Shown here: in pieces, positions 48,309-56,266 of the stretch | How positions within the stretch are numbered: the first letter of the stretch is position 1 | Layout of the letters: every line of letters starts with the position of its first letter | IMG/VR virus record: IMGVR_UViG_3300025084_000007 | Span: 1-64,000 of that record | Length of the DNA: 64,000 bases | Reading direction: 5' to 3' (one strand) | Origin: a virus | Made by a program: the position numbers and the translations under genes | The notes under the pieces: generated by a model | Told to the model about the DNA's origin: nothing | Databases searched by the model: none | What the model saw: the letters and a program-made list of their open reading frames with translations, nothing else

Positions 48309-49481
48309 ATGACTTATAGAAACGATCCCCCAGAAAATTGCATTCAGTCGGACTACACTAGTAGTTGCCGACTAAATCTAAATGGTTCTTCCCAGGAACA
48401 AATGTTTATGGGAAATCTGATCATCGAGAGTATTGAACTCTATGGTCAAGATATCTATTATCTACCCAGAACATACGTAAATAAAGACACGATCTTTCAA
48501 GAAGTAGAAAGTAGTAATTTCACACAAGCACTTTCTATCAGAGCATATGTTAATAATGTAGATGGGTGGGAAGGTCAAGGAGAACTTTTAAGTAAGTTTG
48601 GTGTTCGTATTGAAGATAAGACAACCTTTATCTTCTCTAGAACTAAATTTACTGAGAAGGTAGATGATAATGCAGCATTAAATGTGGAGGGTCGTCCTAA
48701 TGAGGGTGACCTTATTTGGTTTCCAACAACAAAACATTTGTTTGAGATTAAGTTTGTAGAAGCAGAAAGACCTTTCTATCAGTTAGGTAAGGGTTATGTT
48801 TGGGAATGTCAGTGCGAACTGTTTGAATACAGCGACGAAAAAATTGATACTGGCGTTGCCGAGATTGATGCTATCGAAACTGCCTTTGCTAATTCCATTA
48901 AGTTGGTTATGGATGCTGGCGGTTCGGGAGACTTCACAGTTGGTGAAGAAATTGTCGGTGATCTATATCTTGCTTCAGCAACAGCAGCAATCACTGGGGA
49001 CGCAGTAAGTTCCTTTACAATCACTGATGGTGGTGAGCATTATAAATCAGCATTGCCACCTACAGTTACTATTACAGGAGGTGGTGGAAGTGGAGCGACA
49101 GGAACAGCGGTGGTTTCGTCTACAGGGATTGTTACTGGTATCACTGTTTCAAGCGGTGGTACTGGCTACACTAGTGCCCCAACTGTTACTATTGATTACT
49201 CTCCAAAAGACTCCAGAGCAGAAGTCAAGTCCTGGAATAGTTCTTCAAGAGAACTCCAAGTCATCAATAGAACAGGAACCTTCAATACTTCAGAAACAAT
49301 TAAGGGATTGACATCTAATGCTCTTTGGAGTCCTGAATCCTTTAACACTCTAAATAATACTAATACCGCTGATAGCATCGACCAGAACTATAGTTTTGAA
49401 ACTGCTGATGACGATATTATAGATTTCACTGAGGGGAATCCCTTCGGCACCATTGGTTCCACTACTGATACTACAATCTGA
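48309..49481 (+). CDS. gp14: neck protein gp14
   Basis: ESIELYGQDIYYLPR, SKFG, RPNEGDLIWFP, FEIKFVE..PFYQLGK motifs. Confidence 0.93.
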   Translation: MTYRNDPPENCIQSDYTSSCRLNLNGSSQEQMFMGNLIIESIELYGQDIYYLPRTYVNKDTIFQEVESSNFTQALSIRAYVNNVDGWEGQGELLSKFGVRIEDKTTFIFSRTKFTEKVDDNAALNVEGRPNEGDLIWFPTTKHLFEIKFVEAERPFYQLGKGYVWECQCELFEYSDEKIDTGVAEIDAIETAFANSIKLVMDAGGSGDFTVGEEIVGDLYLASATAAITGDAVSSFTITDGGEHYKSALPPTVTITGGGGSGATGTAVVSSTGIVTGITVSSGGTGYTSAPTVTIDYSPKDSRAEVKSWNSSSRELQVINRTGTFNTSETIKGLTSNALWSPESFNTLNNTNTADSIDQNYSFETADDDIIDFTEGNPFGTIGSTTDTTI

Positions 49482-50266
49482 TGTTAGGTACATATTCATA
49501 TCACGAAGTTTTCAGAAAAACTATTGTAGCGTTTGGTACGCTGTTCAATAATATCGAACTTCGTCGTTCGACTGAAGTGATGAAAGTTCCTTTGGCATAT
49601 GGTCCAAAGCAAAAGTTTTTAGCACGTCTTGATCAAAATCCAGACCCTACAAACAAGAGAGTTCAGATTACTGTTCCTAGAATCTCTTTTGAGATTAATG
49701 GTATTCAATATGATTCTAGTAGGAAGGTATCACCTACACAGAAGATTAAATTTGCAAAGGATACTGACGAAAATAAGAACGTGTATATGCCCGTTCCTTA
49801 TAACTTATCATTTGAATTAGCAATTATCTCTAAAAATCAAGAAGATGGATTGCAAATTTTAGAACAAATTTTACCATTCTTCCAACCTCATTTCAATCTA
49901 ACCGTTAAGTTACTTCCTGATGTAAATGAAATTAAGGATGTTCCTGTTACTTTGACTAGTGTTGACTATGAGGATGAGTATGAGGGAGACTTCTCTAGTC
50001 GTAGAGCAATCATTTATACACTACAGTTTACTGCAAAGACATATCTATACGGTCCTATTACCGATGCGAAGACCATCAAAAAGGTCATCACCGATATGTA
50101 CACCGATACAAATACTTCTTCTGCACCCAGAGAAGTTCGGTACACTATTCAACCAGATCCGTTGGATGCAGATGCAGATGACGATTTTGGATTTGGTATT
50201 GTTGATGAAGACTTCACCGACAATAAGAAACGTAATCCTGTAAGTGGCGCTGACGAGGCAATCTAA
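49481..50266 (+). CDS. gp15: tail sheath stabiliser/terminator gp15
   Basis: FGTLFNNI, VPLAYGPKQKF, PRISFE, PVPYNL, QILEQILPFFQP motifs. Confidence 0.93.
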   Translation: MLGTYSYHEVFRKTIVAFGTLFNNIELRRSTEVMKVPLAYGPKQKFLARLDQNPDPTNKRVQITVPRISFEINGIQYDSSRKVSPTQKIKFAKDTDENKNVYMPVPYNLSFELAIISKNQEDGLQILEQILPFFQPHFNLTVKLLPDVNEIKDVPVTLTSVDYEDEYEGDFSSRRAIIYTLQFTAKTYLYGPITDAKTIKKVITDMYTDTNTSSAPREVRYTIQPDPLDADADDDFGFGIVDEDFTDNKKRNPVSGADEAI

Positions 50267-50697
50267 TGACAACTCCTTTTGATGGTTTGAATGATGCGTT
50301 TGGGGCAGAACCTACTGAACTCCAAAAACATGTGGAAAAAGTGAAAACTGAAATAAAGAAAACTGATACTCCTGAAGTGAAGCAGGATTATGAGATTACT
50401 CGCGCCCAACTTCACAATCTAGTCATGAAAGGACAGGAGGCAGTAGATGGCATTCTTGATGTGGCACGAGCGTCAGATCATCCTCGTGCTTATGAAGTTG
50501 CAGGCCAACTCATTAAGAACGTAGCAGATACTGCTGATAAACTCATTGACCTACAAAAGAAGATGAAGGAGTTAGATGCCGATGAGAAGAAGTCAGGCCC
50601 GTCTACTGTTAATAACACGATGTTTATTGGCAGTACTGCGGACTTACAGAAGATGTTAAAGAAGCAAAAGGAGATAAATAATACTGACACGAAATAA
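50266..50697 (+). CDS. gp16: terminase small subunit gp16
   Basis: DYEITR, A..SDHPRAYEVAGQL, NNTMFIGSTADL motifs. Confidence 0.93.
   Translation: MTTPFDGLNDAFGAEPTELQKHVEKVKTEIKKTDTPEVKQDYEITRAQLHNLVMKGQEAVDGILDVARASDHPRAYEVAGQLIKNVADTADKLIDLQKKMKELDADEKKSGPSTVNNTMFIGSTADLQKMLKKQKEINNTDTK
50673..50680 (+). promoter_or_regulatory. T4-type late promoter
   Basis: GATAAATA upstream of ORF 50710. Confidence 0.55.
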
Positions 50698-50709
50698 CTC
50701 GACACGACA

Positions 50710-51249
50710 ATGCCTGTATTAAAAGTATTAAATACGAACGCTGTTGCAGGATCTGCAACTGAATATCAAGTAGTGCAAACTGGATACTATAGAGTGCTTG
50801 CTACAGCAGCAGCATCTACTGTATCATTCAACGGTGGACCTGCTATCACACTGGTACAGAATGAAGCACTTCTACTTAAGTCGGGAGCAAAACCTGGTCA
50901 AGCAAGAATTGTAAAGGGTGTCGATGATGCCACTGCAGATTATCAACTTGGAACTAATCTTGGTGAAGTTAGCAACACACATCCATTCTCAGTAGATGAC
51001 TTCATTGCTGTAGAAGATGCTAGTACATCTCCTGCAATTGATGCTGCTTTCTTGTCAGCAGGAACAGTAGGTAAGAAAGTTACTGCAACAACTTCCAATT
51101 CTATTAGCACTGATATTGATTCTTCTGCTGCATCTGCTGATTACACTTATGCTTACAGTGGACCTCAAGCAGTAGTCAAGCGTTGTGTACAAATCACAGC
51201 AGGTTCTGGTGCTATTGTCGTCGAAGAAGTACAGGTCGTAGGTGCCTGA
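50710..51249 (+). CDS. hypothetical protein, probably virion-associated
   Basis: 179-aa Ala/Thr/Val-rich ORF with a late promoter. Confidence 0.8.
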   Translation: MPVLKVLNTNAVAGSATEYQVVQTGYYRVLATAAASTVSFNGGPAITLVQNEALLLKSGAKPGQARIVKGVDDATADYQLGTNLGEVSNTHPFSVDDFIAVEDASTSPAIDAAFLSAGTVGKKVTATTSNSISTDIDSSAASADYTYAYSGPQAVVKRCVQITAGSGAIVVEEVQVVGA

Positions 51250-51250
51250 T

Positions 51251-52531
51251 ATGGCGAAAGGTTTTGCATCAGATATTCCACCTGCCGTTAATGGTACTGC
51301 TAAGAAATACATTAGGGGTATGATGAAGCGTAAAGATAGGTGGAGTAAACTCTATGGGGGTCGCTCCAAAGAGGTGATGCATAAGACTGCAAACAAAATG
51401 GCTATGGGAGAGATGTCTAAAATGCCACCAACATATAACGATCTATTCGGAGAAGCAAACAAGTCTGGAGATAATTCTCTTCGTGACTGGTTTGGAAAGA
51501 GTAAGTCATCTGATGGAACACCTGGTTGGGTGCAACTTGGTGGTAAGTATGCAGGAAAACCTTGTGCAAAGCAACCTGGTCAGACTACTAAACCCAAATG
51601 CGGGTCTAGTAAGATGAAAAGAAACCTAAATAAAGGCGAGGAAGAAGCAGCATTCCGTCGCAAAAATGCTGAAGATCCAAATCCAGATCGTAAAGGGAAG
51701 GCAAAAAACGTGAAGACAGAAGATCTCGACCTTAAATTGATGTCTAAAGAACTTGATGGCGCATCTAAGATGCACAAGGGTCAGTCTGAGCGCATCAAAA
51801 AACATCTAAAGAAGATGAAGAAAGAAGAAACTATTAGCGAAAGAGGCGATTTCTGGCATCCCGATCCTAAAGAAGATCGTAAGTTGGGTGGTCCTGGTGC
51901 AAACCAGCGTGCTCGCGAAGATCGTGCTGCAGCATCTAAACCAAAAACAGACTCTAAGAAACTAAGACCAGGTGAATCTTACATGGATTGGAACAAACGT
52001 CAGAAAGCAAATAAGATGAAGAAAGAAGAATTTGTCAATGAGAAAGCAGGCGAGAAAGATGCTTGCTATAAGAAAGTAAAAGCAAGTGCGAAGGTCTGGC
52101 CTTCTGCATATGCTAGTGGTAGATTAGTCCAGTGCCGTAAGAAAGGTGCTGCTAACTATGGTAATAAGTCTGAAGGAATGTCATTCCAACAGTTTCAAGA
52201 GAAGTGTTGGCAGGGATATAAAAAAGTTGGTATGAAAAAGAAAGGTGGCAAACTAGTACCAAATTGCGTCCCAGAACAAGTAACAAATGAAGGAGCAGCC
52301 TGGACAAAAAAATCAGGAAAAAACTCCGAAGGAGGACTTAATGAAAAAGGACGAAAGTCTTACGAAAAGGAAAATCCAGGATCTGACCTCAAAGCACCAA
52401 GCACAAAGGTTGGAAATCCCCGCAGGGCATCCTTCTGCGCTAGAATGAAAGGCATGAGAAAGAGACAGAAAGCATCCAACAACACTGGTGATGACCGTCT
52501 GTCGAAGTCACTTAGGAAGTGGAATTGCTGA
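51251..52531 (+). CDS. modular Lys/Arg-rich protein (C-terminal DUF6321-like module)
   Basis: ATG at 51251 in track frame 51242; modules KDACYKKVK...WPSAYASG, KCWQGY...VPNCV and AAWTKKSGKNSEGGLN...SFCARMKG...KWNC. Confidence 0.75.
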   Translation: MAKGFASDIPPAVNGTAKKYIRGMMKRKDRWSKLYGGRSKEVMHKTANKMAMGEMSKMPPTYNDLFGEANKSGDNSLRDWFGKSKSSDGTPGWVQLGGKYAGKPCAKQPGQTTKPKCGSSKMKRNLNKGEEEAAFRRKNAEDPNPDRKGKAKNVKTEDLDLKLMSKELDGASKMHKGQSERIKKHLKKMKKEETISERGDFWHPDPKEDRKLGGPGANQRAREDRAAASKPKTDSKKLRPGESYMDWNKRQKANKMKKEEFVNEKAGEKDACYKKVKASAKVWPSAYASGRLVQCRKKGAANYGNKSEGMSFQQFQEKCWQGYKKVGMKKKGGKLVPNCVPEQVTNEGAAWTKKSGKNSEGGLNEKGRKSYEKENPGSDLKAPSTKVGNPRRASFCARMKGMRKRQKASNNTGDDRLSKSLRKWNC

Positions 52532-52549
52532 TATCTTAACACTGTGTAA

Positions 52550-52578
52550 CTGACAACTTGGGTAAATAGTACTATACT
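52550..52578 (+). promoter_or_regulatory. nested sigma70-like and late-like promoter
   Basis: CTGACA-N17-TATACT with GGTAAATA (52561-52568) inside the spacer. Confidence 0.5.
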
Positions 52579-52601
52579 TGTCTCAACAAGGTGGTACTAT
52601 T

Positions 52602-52814
52602 ATGGTTTCATTTTACCTATCCGTTACTATTTTCATTTTGTTTGTAGCGTATGCAGGCACCGAAAATGTAATGAGGTTATTTGCATTCCTAGATTTAGAA
52701 CTGCGTTGGCATTGGGTTATATTCCGTAGTTATTTTATCAGAAGAGATTTAGAAGTTCGACTAGGATTTCCCAAGACAAGTTTTATACAACACTACAAAA
52801 CATATGGAAAGTAA
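52602..52814 (+). CDS. hypothetical protein with N-terminal hydrophobic helix
   Basis: ATG 52602 after AAGGTGGT RBS, in track frame 52578. Confidence 0.65.
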   Translation: MVSFYLSVTIFILFVAYAGTENVMRLFAFLDLELRWHWVIFRSYFIRRDLEVRLGFPKTSFIQHYKTYGK

Positions 52815-53097
52815 AGAAGTATCAGAATTATCTCTGTCTAGAGTAGAATGTGGAAAATGTGGTGCTATTTGGATTAATGGAAAGCACGTATTCAGTGGAA
52901 CTGCTGCTTCATATGACAATAGTGAACTAGATCTTGCTGGTCTGGTATGTAATAAGTACGGAAATGAGCAATGCATCAACCCAAAGAAAGGGCAAGACGG
53001 AGGACAAACTTGGGAGTATAGATCTGGATTTGTCGATGGTGCAATAAAGGCAAAGAGAGATGCTTTAGATGGACTCAATAACATGATGAATCCCTGA
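52804..53097 (+). CDS. hypothetical Cys-rich (possible Zn-binding) protein
   Basis: CGKC...LVCNKY...QCINP. Confidence 0.8.
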   Translation: MESKEVSELSLSRVECGKCGAIWINGKHVFSGTAASYDNSELDLAGLVCNKYGNEQCINPKKGQDGGQTWEYRSGFVDGAIKAKRDALDGLNNMMNP

Positions 53098-53164
53098 CAT
53101 AGACTATTAAATCATAGTTAAATTTTATACTTCATGAGTAAATAGATTCAGTTACTATTTGTTT

Positions 53165-53488
53165 ATGAAGTTTTTTATTACACTTCTTACTGTGATGTTT
53201 TTTGCTGCGCCAGTATGGGCAGTTGACATTAAAATGGGTTCAAACGGGAACTTGATTTTTGATCCATCCGATGTTACAATTGATGCAGGCGATACTGTAC
53301 ATTTTATAAATGACATGTTGCCTCCTCACAACATTATTGTTGAGGGTCGTGCAGATCTTTCCAGAGAATCTTTAATGTTTGCTCCTGGAGAATCTCAAGA
53401 CATTTTGTTTGCTGATGCTGGAGATTACAATTTCTTTTGTGGTCCTCATCAAGGAGCAGGCATGACAGGTATTATTCACGTAAATTAA
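53165..53488 (+). CDS. petE: plastocyanin (auxiliary metabolic gene)
   Basis: Signal peptide MKFFITLL...VWA; PPHNII; CGPHQGAGM type-1 Cu ligands. Confidence 0.95.
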   Translation: MKFFITLLTVMFFAAPVWAVDIKMGSNGNLIFDPSDVTIDAGDTVHFINDMLPPHNIIVEGRADLSRESLMFAPGESQDILFADAGDYNFFCGPHQGAGMTGIIHVN

Positions 53489-53490
53489 TT

Positions 53491-53781
53491 ATGACATACA
53501 ATGTTACTCTCCAGTCTCCTGACGGCACCGAAGCTGTCATTCAATGCGAGGCAGACCAATACATTCTCGAAGCGGCAGAAGAAGCAGGTGTTGATTTACC
53601 TTCTTCGTGTAAAGCAGGGGCTTGTTCAGCGTGCGCTGGCAAACTCGTCTCTGGCACCGTAGATAATGAAGAGCAATCTTTCCTCGATGATGATCAACTT
53701 GAAGACGGGTGGGTTCTCACTTGTGTGGCATATCCTACTAGCGATTGCGTAATTTTAACCGAACAAGAAGAAAATCTATGA
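53491..53781 (+). CDS. petF: plant-type [2Fe-2S] ferredoxin (auxiliary metabolic gene)
   Basis: [17 protein letters not shown]...QSFLDDDQ...[12 protein letters not shown]; ATG at 53491. Confidence 0.96.
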   Translation: MTYNVTLQSPDGTEAVIQCEADQYILEAAEEAGVDLPSSCKAGACSACAGKLVSGTVDNEEQSFLDDDQLEDGWVLTCVAYPTSDCVILTEQEENL

Positions 53782-53909
53782 CCTTCGCCCATGTCTTACT
53801 TTTCGGATCACTACCCTTCATATGTGCCACCATTTATTTCGGGCACAGAAAAGGTGAGAATATCTATTATGAAAGCGACAAGTACGACGGAAATGGAACA
53901 GCGCATTAG
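53778..53909 (+). CDS. ndhP: NdhP-like small subunit of the photosynthetic NDH-1L complex
   Basis: [43 protein letters not shown]; one TM helix plus the FG...Y[DE]SD.Y.GNG[ST]AH C-terminus of cyanobacterial NdhP; ATGA overlap with the petF stop. Confidence 0.8.
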   Translation: MTFAHVLLFGSLPFICATIYFGHRKGENIYYESDKYDGNGTAH

Positions 53910-54099
53910 AATGAGATATGCGTTTGCAATGTCCTCCTTTGGGAGGATGTTTCGACCAGATCATATTACACTGGAGATGAGAGATCTTTGTAATGAATGG
54001 TCTCAGATTGAAGAGCAACCACCTCAGGGAGATTTATATCTGGTCGATAGATATTTCTTAGAACTTTGGAAAGCATGGTTATTGAAATCAGCATCATAA
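53893..54099 (+). CDS. hypothetical protein
   Basis: Track frame 53791; likely start [11 protein letters not shown] at 53893, because the upstream part overlaps ndhP. Confidence 0.65.
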   Translation: MEQRIRMRYAFAMSSFGRMFRPDHITLEMRDLCNEWSQIEEQPPQGDLYLVDRYFLELWKAWLLKSAS

Positions 54100-54155
54100 T
54101 AATCTATTGTTTATTTGGATTATTTCTATTCATCCTATCGGTTTTACAAGAATGA
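54075..54155 (+). CDS. 26-aa single-TM peptide
   Basis: MVIEISIIIIYCLFGLFLFILSVLQE; stop overlaps the next ATG. Confidence 0.5.
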   Translation: MVIEISIIIIYCLFGLFLFILSVLQE

Positions 54156-54304
54156 TGTTACAGTTTGCTAGATTTTGCGGAACAGTATTAAACAATCCTT
54201 GGGGAGTTGGAGTCTTGGCATGGTGCCTAGTCTTCGTCCCCATTATTGGTATGTGGGCAGTACATAAATACGATTGGCAACATTGGGAACCATTCCACAA
54301 ATGA
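54152..54304 (+). CDS. small membrane protein
   Basis: MMLQFARFCGTVLNNPWGVGVLAWCLVFVPIIGMWAVHKYDWQHWEPFHK; ATGA couplings at both ends. Confidence 0.7.
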   Translation: MMLQFARFCGTVLNNPWGVGVLAWCLVFVPIIGMWAVHKYDWQHWEPFHK

Positions 54305-54399
54305 GTTTGTTTATTGTATTTGGTCTGCTAATACCACTCTCTTTAATCCTTATAGTGATGAAACTGTCTCTCTGGATTAAATCTATAAATGATGAATAA
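54301..54399 (+). CDS. 32-aa single-TM peptide
   Basis: MSLFIVFGLLIPLSLILIVMKLSLWIKSINDE; ATGA and TAATG couplings. Confidence 0.55.
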   Translation: MSLFIVFGLLIPLSLILIVMKLSLWIKSINDE

Positions 54400-54608
54400 T
54401 GAATTTACTATTACGTCCTCTTGAGAATGCCAATGACCCTGTGTGGTCTGTAATCATATGTGTGATACTTGCTGTTGCAGGTGCATTGTTTGTAGTTGTA
54501 TACATACTAAGAGAAGCATTTGCAGAATTAGAAGATGGGCGCAATGACACCACCGAGCAGAAAGAGCTGCTACAACTTCCGAGTGACGGAGATCAACCGT
54601 GTCCTTGA
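54399..54608 (+). CDS. small single-TM protein, possibly NdhQ-like
   Basis: ENANDP-TM-YILREAFA; TAATG coupling. Confidence 0.6.
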   Translation: MNLLLRPLENANDPVWSVIICVILAVAGALFVVVYILREAFAELEDGRNDTTEQKELLQLPSDGDQPCP

Positions 54609-54996
54609 TGGTGATACTATTGATGTTACTATCGACCTCGGGTTTGATCTATACAAGAAAGAAAGAGTTAGAGTTGCAGGCGTTGATACGCCAGAAAAGA
54701 GGACGCGAAACCTAGAGGAGAAAGCACTTGGAATCGACGCAACCAACTGGCTCAAAGAGAAACTGGAATCGACTATCGCTGGTGATGATGAGTTGTCTGT
54801 TAGGACTGAACTTGTTGGTGGGGTTGGCAAATATGGGCGTCTTCTTGGCTGGTTATACATTGGGGACGAGTCAGTGTCGCTCAACGAGCAAATGATCGAA
54901 GAGGGTTATGCTCATGCCTATGATGGAGGCACTAAGGATATGAATCTCGAAGCACTGAAAGAGATTCGTCGTGAGCACGGCACATTAGTAGAGTAA
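54535..54996 (+). CDS. thermonuclease (staphylococcal nuclease-like) family protein
   Basis: RVLDGDTI, RVRVAGVDTPE, GKYGRLLG, LNEQMIEEGYA motifs. Confidence 0.88.
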   Translation: MGAMTPPSRKSCYNFRVTEINRVLDGDTIDVTIDLGFDLYKKERVRVAGVDTPEKRTRNLEEKALGIDATNWLKEKLESTIAGDDELSVRTELVGGVGKYGRLLGWLYIGDESVSLNEQMIEEGYAHAYDGGTKDMNLEALKEIRREHGTLVE

Positions 54997-54999
54997 TAA

Positions 55000-55007
55000 T
55001 ATAAATA
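55000..55007 (+). promoter_or_regulatory. T4 late promoter
   Basis: Perfect TATAAATA upstream of ORF 55035. Confidence 0.75.
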
Positions 55008-55034
55008 CCTTGGAGAAGTCCCAGGTTTATTTGC

Positions 55035-56096
55035 ATGTCGGAATTAAATGTAGGAACAATTAATGCTACTAATGTCAACACTTCTAATGTAAGTGCTACG
55101 AGTGACGTTGATGTTGATGGGGACTTTACTATTCCCAATAAGACTAATAGTACTCGTCCATCAGCACCTCCTACAGGTACAGTTATTCATAACACCGAAG
55201 AGGATAAGCAGCAAGTTTATAATGGTACTGAATGGAAAACTATTGGTGGAGATATAGTTGCTACCCAATATAAGATTCAATGCTGGGGTGCTGGTGGTGG
55301 CGGTGGAACTAGTGGTGGATGGAGTTATGGTGCCGAAGGTGGCGGTGGTGGATATATTGAAGCAAATGTATCGGGACTGACGTCAGGAAACACTCTTTAC
55401 ATTCGTGTCGGTGAAGGTGGATTAGTTAATGGTACTCGTATGTCGTATGGTGGTGGCGGTGAAGCAAACCGCGCTGGTGGTGATAATAGGTATGGTTCTA
55501 ATGGTGGTGGTGCAACTGGGGTATTCCTTGGATCTGTAGCTCATGGTAATACAATACTGATTGCTGGTGGTGGAGGTGGCGGCGGATCATCCAGAAACCA
55601 AGAGGGTAATATTGGTGGTGCTGGTGGTGGTCCTACTGGTCAAGATGGCGTTTCTGCTTATGATGATAAGTGGCAATATCGTGGCAGAGGTGGTGGAGCA
55701 ACTGAAGGTGGTAGAAATAACCAGCAGGGAGCTTCGTATTCAGCTCAAGCATTAGAGGGAGGATCTGCTGCATCTAATGGTTATGGTGGCGCTGGTGGCG
55801 GAGGATATTATGGCGGCAGTGCTGGAGGTTACTCTGAACAGCACACAATGGCAGGTGGTGGCGGTGGATCTGGATATGCAGATTCCACATATTGTAATGA
55901 TGTGCGAAACTATCGTGGAGAATATCGTATGCCAGCTGGTGCTGGTGAAGCTGGATATCCTGGTGGTGGTCTTTCATTTGGCGGTAATTCTAATGCATCT
56001 GCTGGTGGTCATGGATACTGTAGAATTACAGATGCTAATGGGACAGTAACAACTTATACATATACAGGTTCGGATGTAACTATAACAGTACCATGA
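55035..56096 (+). CDS. glycine-rich fibre/adhesin-like protein
   Basis: Fibre-type N-terminus (TRPSAP.TG...VYNGTEW), then WGAGGG...AGGGGG...GGGGSGY polyglycine domain. Confidence 0.75.
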   Translation: MSELNVGTINATNVNTSNVSATSDVDVDGDFTIPNKTNSTRPSAPPTGTVIHNTEEDKQQVYNGTEWKTIGGDIVATQYKIQCWGAGGGGGTSGGWSYGAEGGGGGYIEANVSGLTSGNTLYIRVGEGGLVNGTRMSYGGGGEANRAGGDNRYGSNGGGATGVFLGSVAHGNTILIAGGGGGGGSSRNQEGNIGGAGGGPTGQDGVSAYDDKWQYRGRGGGATEGGRNNQQGASYSAQALEGGSAASNGYGGAGGGGYYGGSAGGYSEQHTMAGGGGGSGYADSTYCNDVRNYRGEYRMPAGAGEAGYPGGGLSFGGNSNASAGGHGYCRITDANGTVTTYTYTGSDVTITVP

Positions 56097-56266
56097 TCTT
56101 TGACTTGAGTGTGGATGACTATGCAATCATCCTAAATGCATTACATTACTATAAAAAAACTGAGAAGAAAGGTAATTTCAAACAGTATAATGAGGAGAGA
56201 ATAAATAAATTAAGGGATAAAATGGCGTATCAACTTATCCCTAGTCCTGAAAGTGAACCGACATAA
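56093..56266 (+). CDS. hypothetical protein (57 aa)
   Basis: MIFDLSVDDYAIILNALHYYKK...; ATGA and TAATG overlaps with both neighbours; below track cutoff. Confidence 0.65.
   Translation: MIFDLSVDDYAIILNALHYYKKTEKKGNFKQYNEERINKLRDKMAYQLIPSPESEPT

Noticed and set aside
2353-52857. Isolated TGTGGAAAA matches at 2353, 50331 and about 52849
   Set aside because: Single copies inside coding sequence are compatible with chance. They also show that the 9-mer has a non-zero background.
53437-53490. N-terminal extension on ferredoxin
   Set aside because: It overlaps the petE 3' end; ATG 53491 gives a normal 96-aa PetF.
53791-53892. N-terminal extension of track ORF 53791-54099
   Set aside because: It overlaps the better-supported NdhP-like frame; the likely start is 53893.
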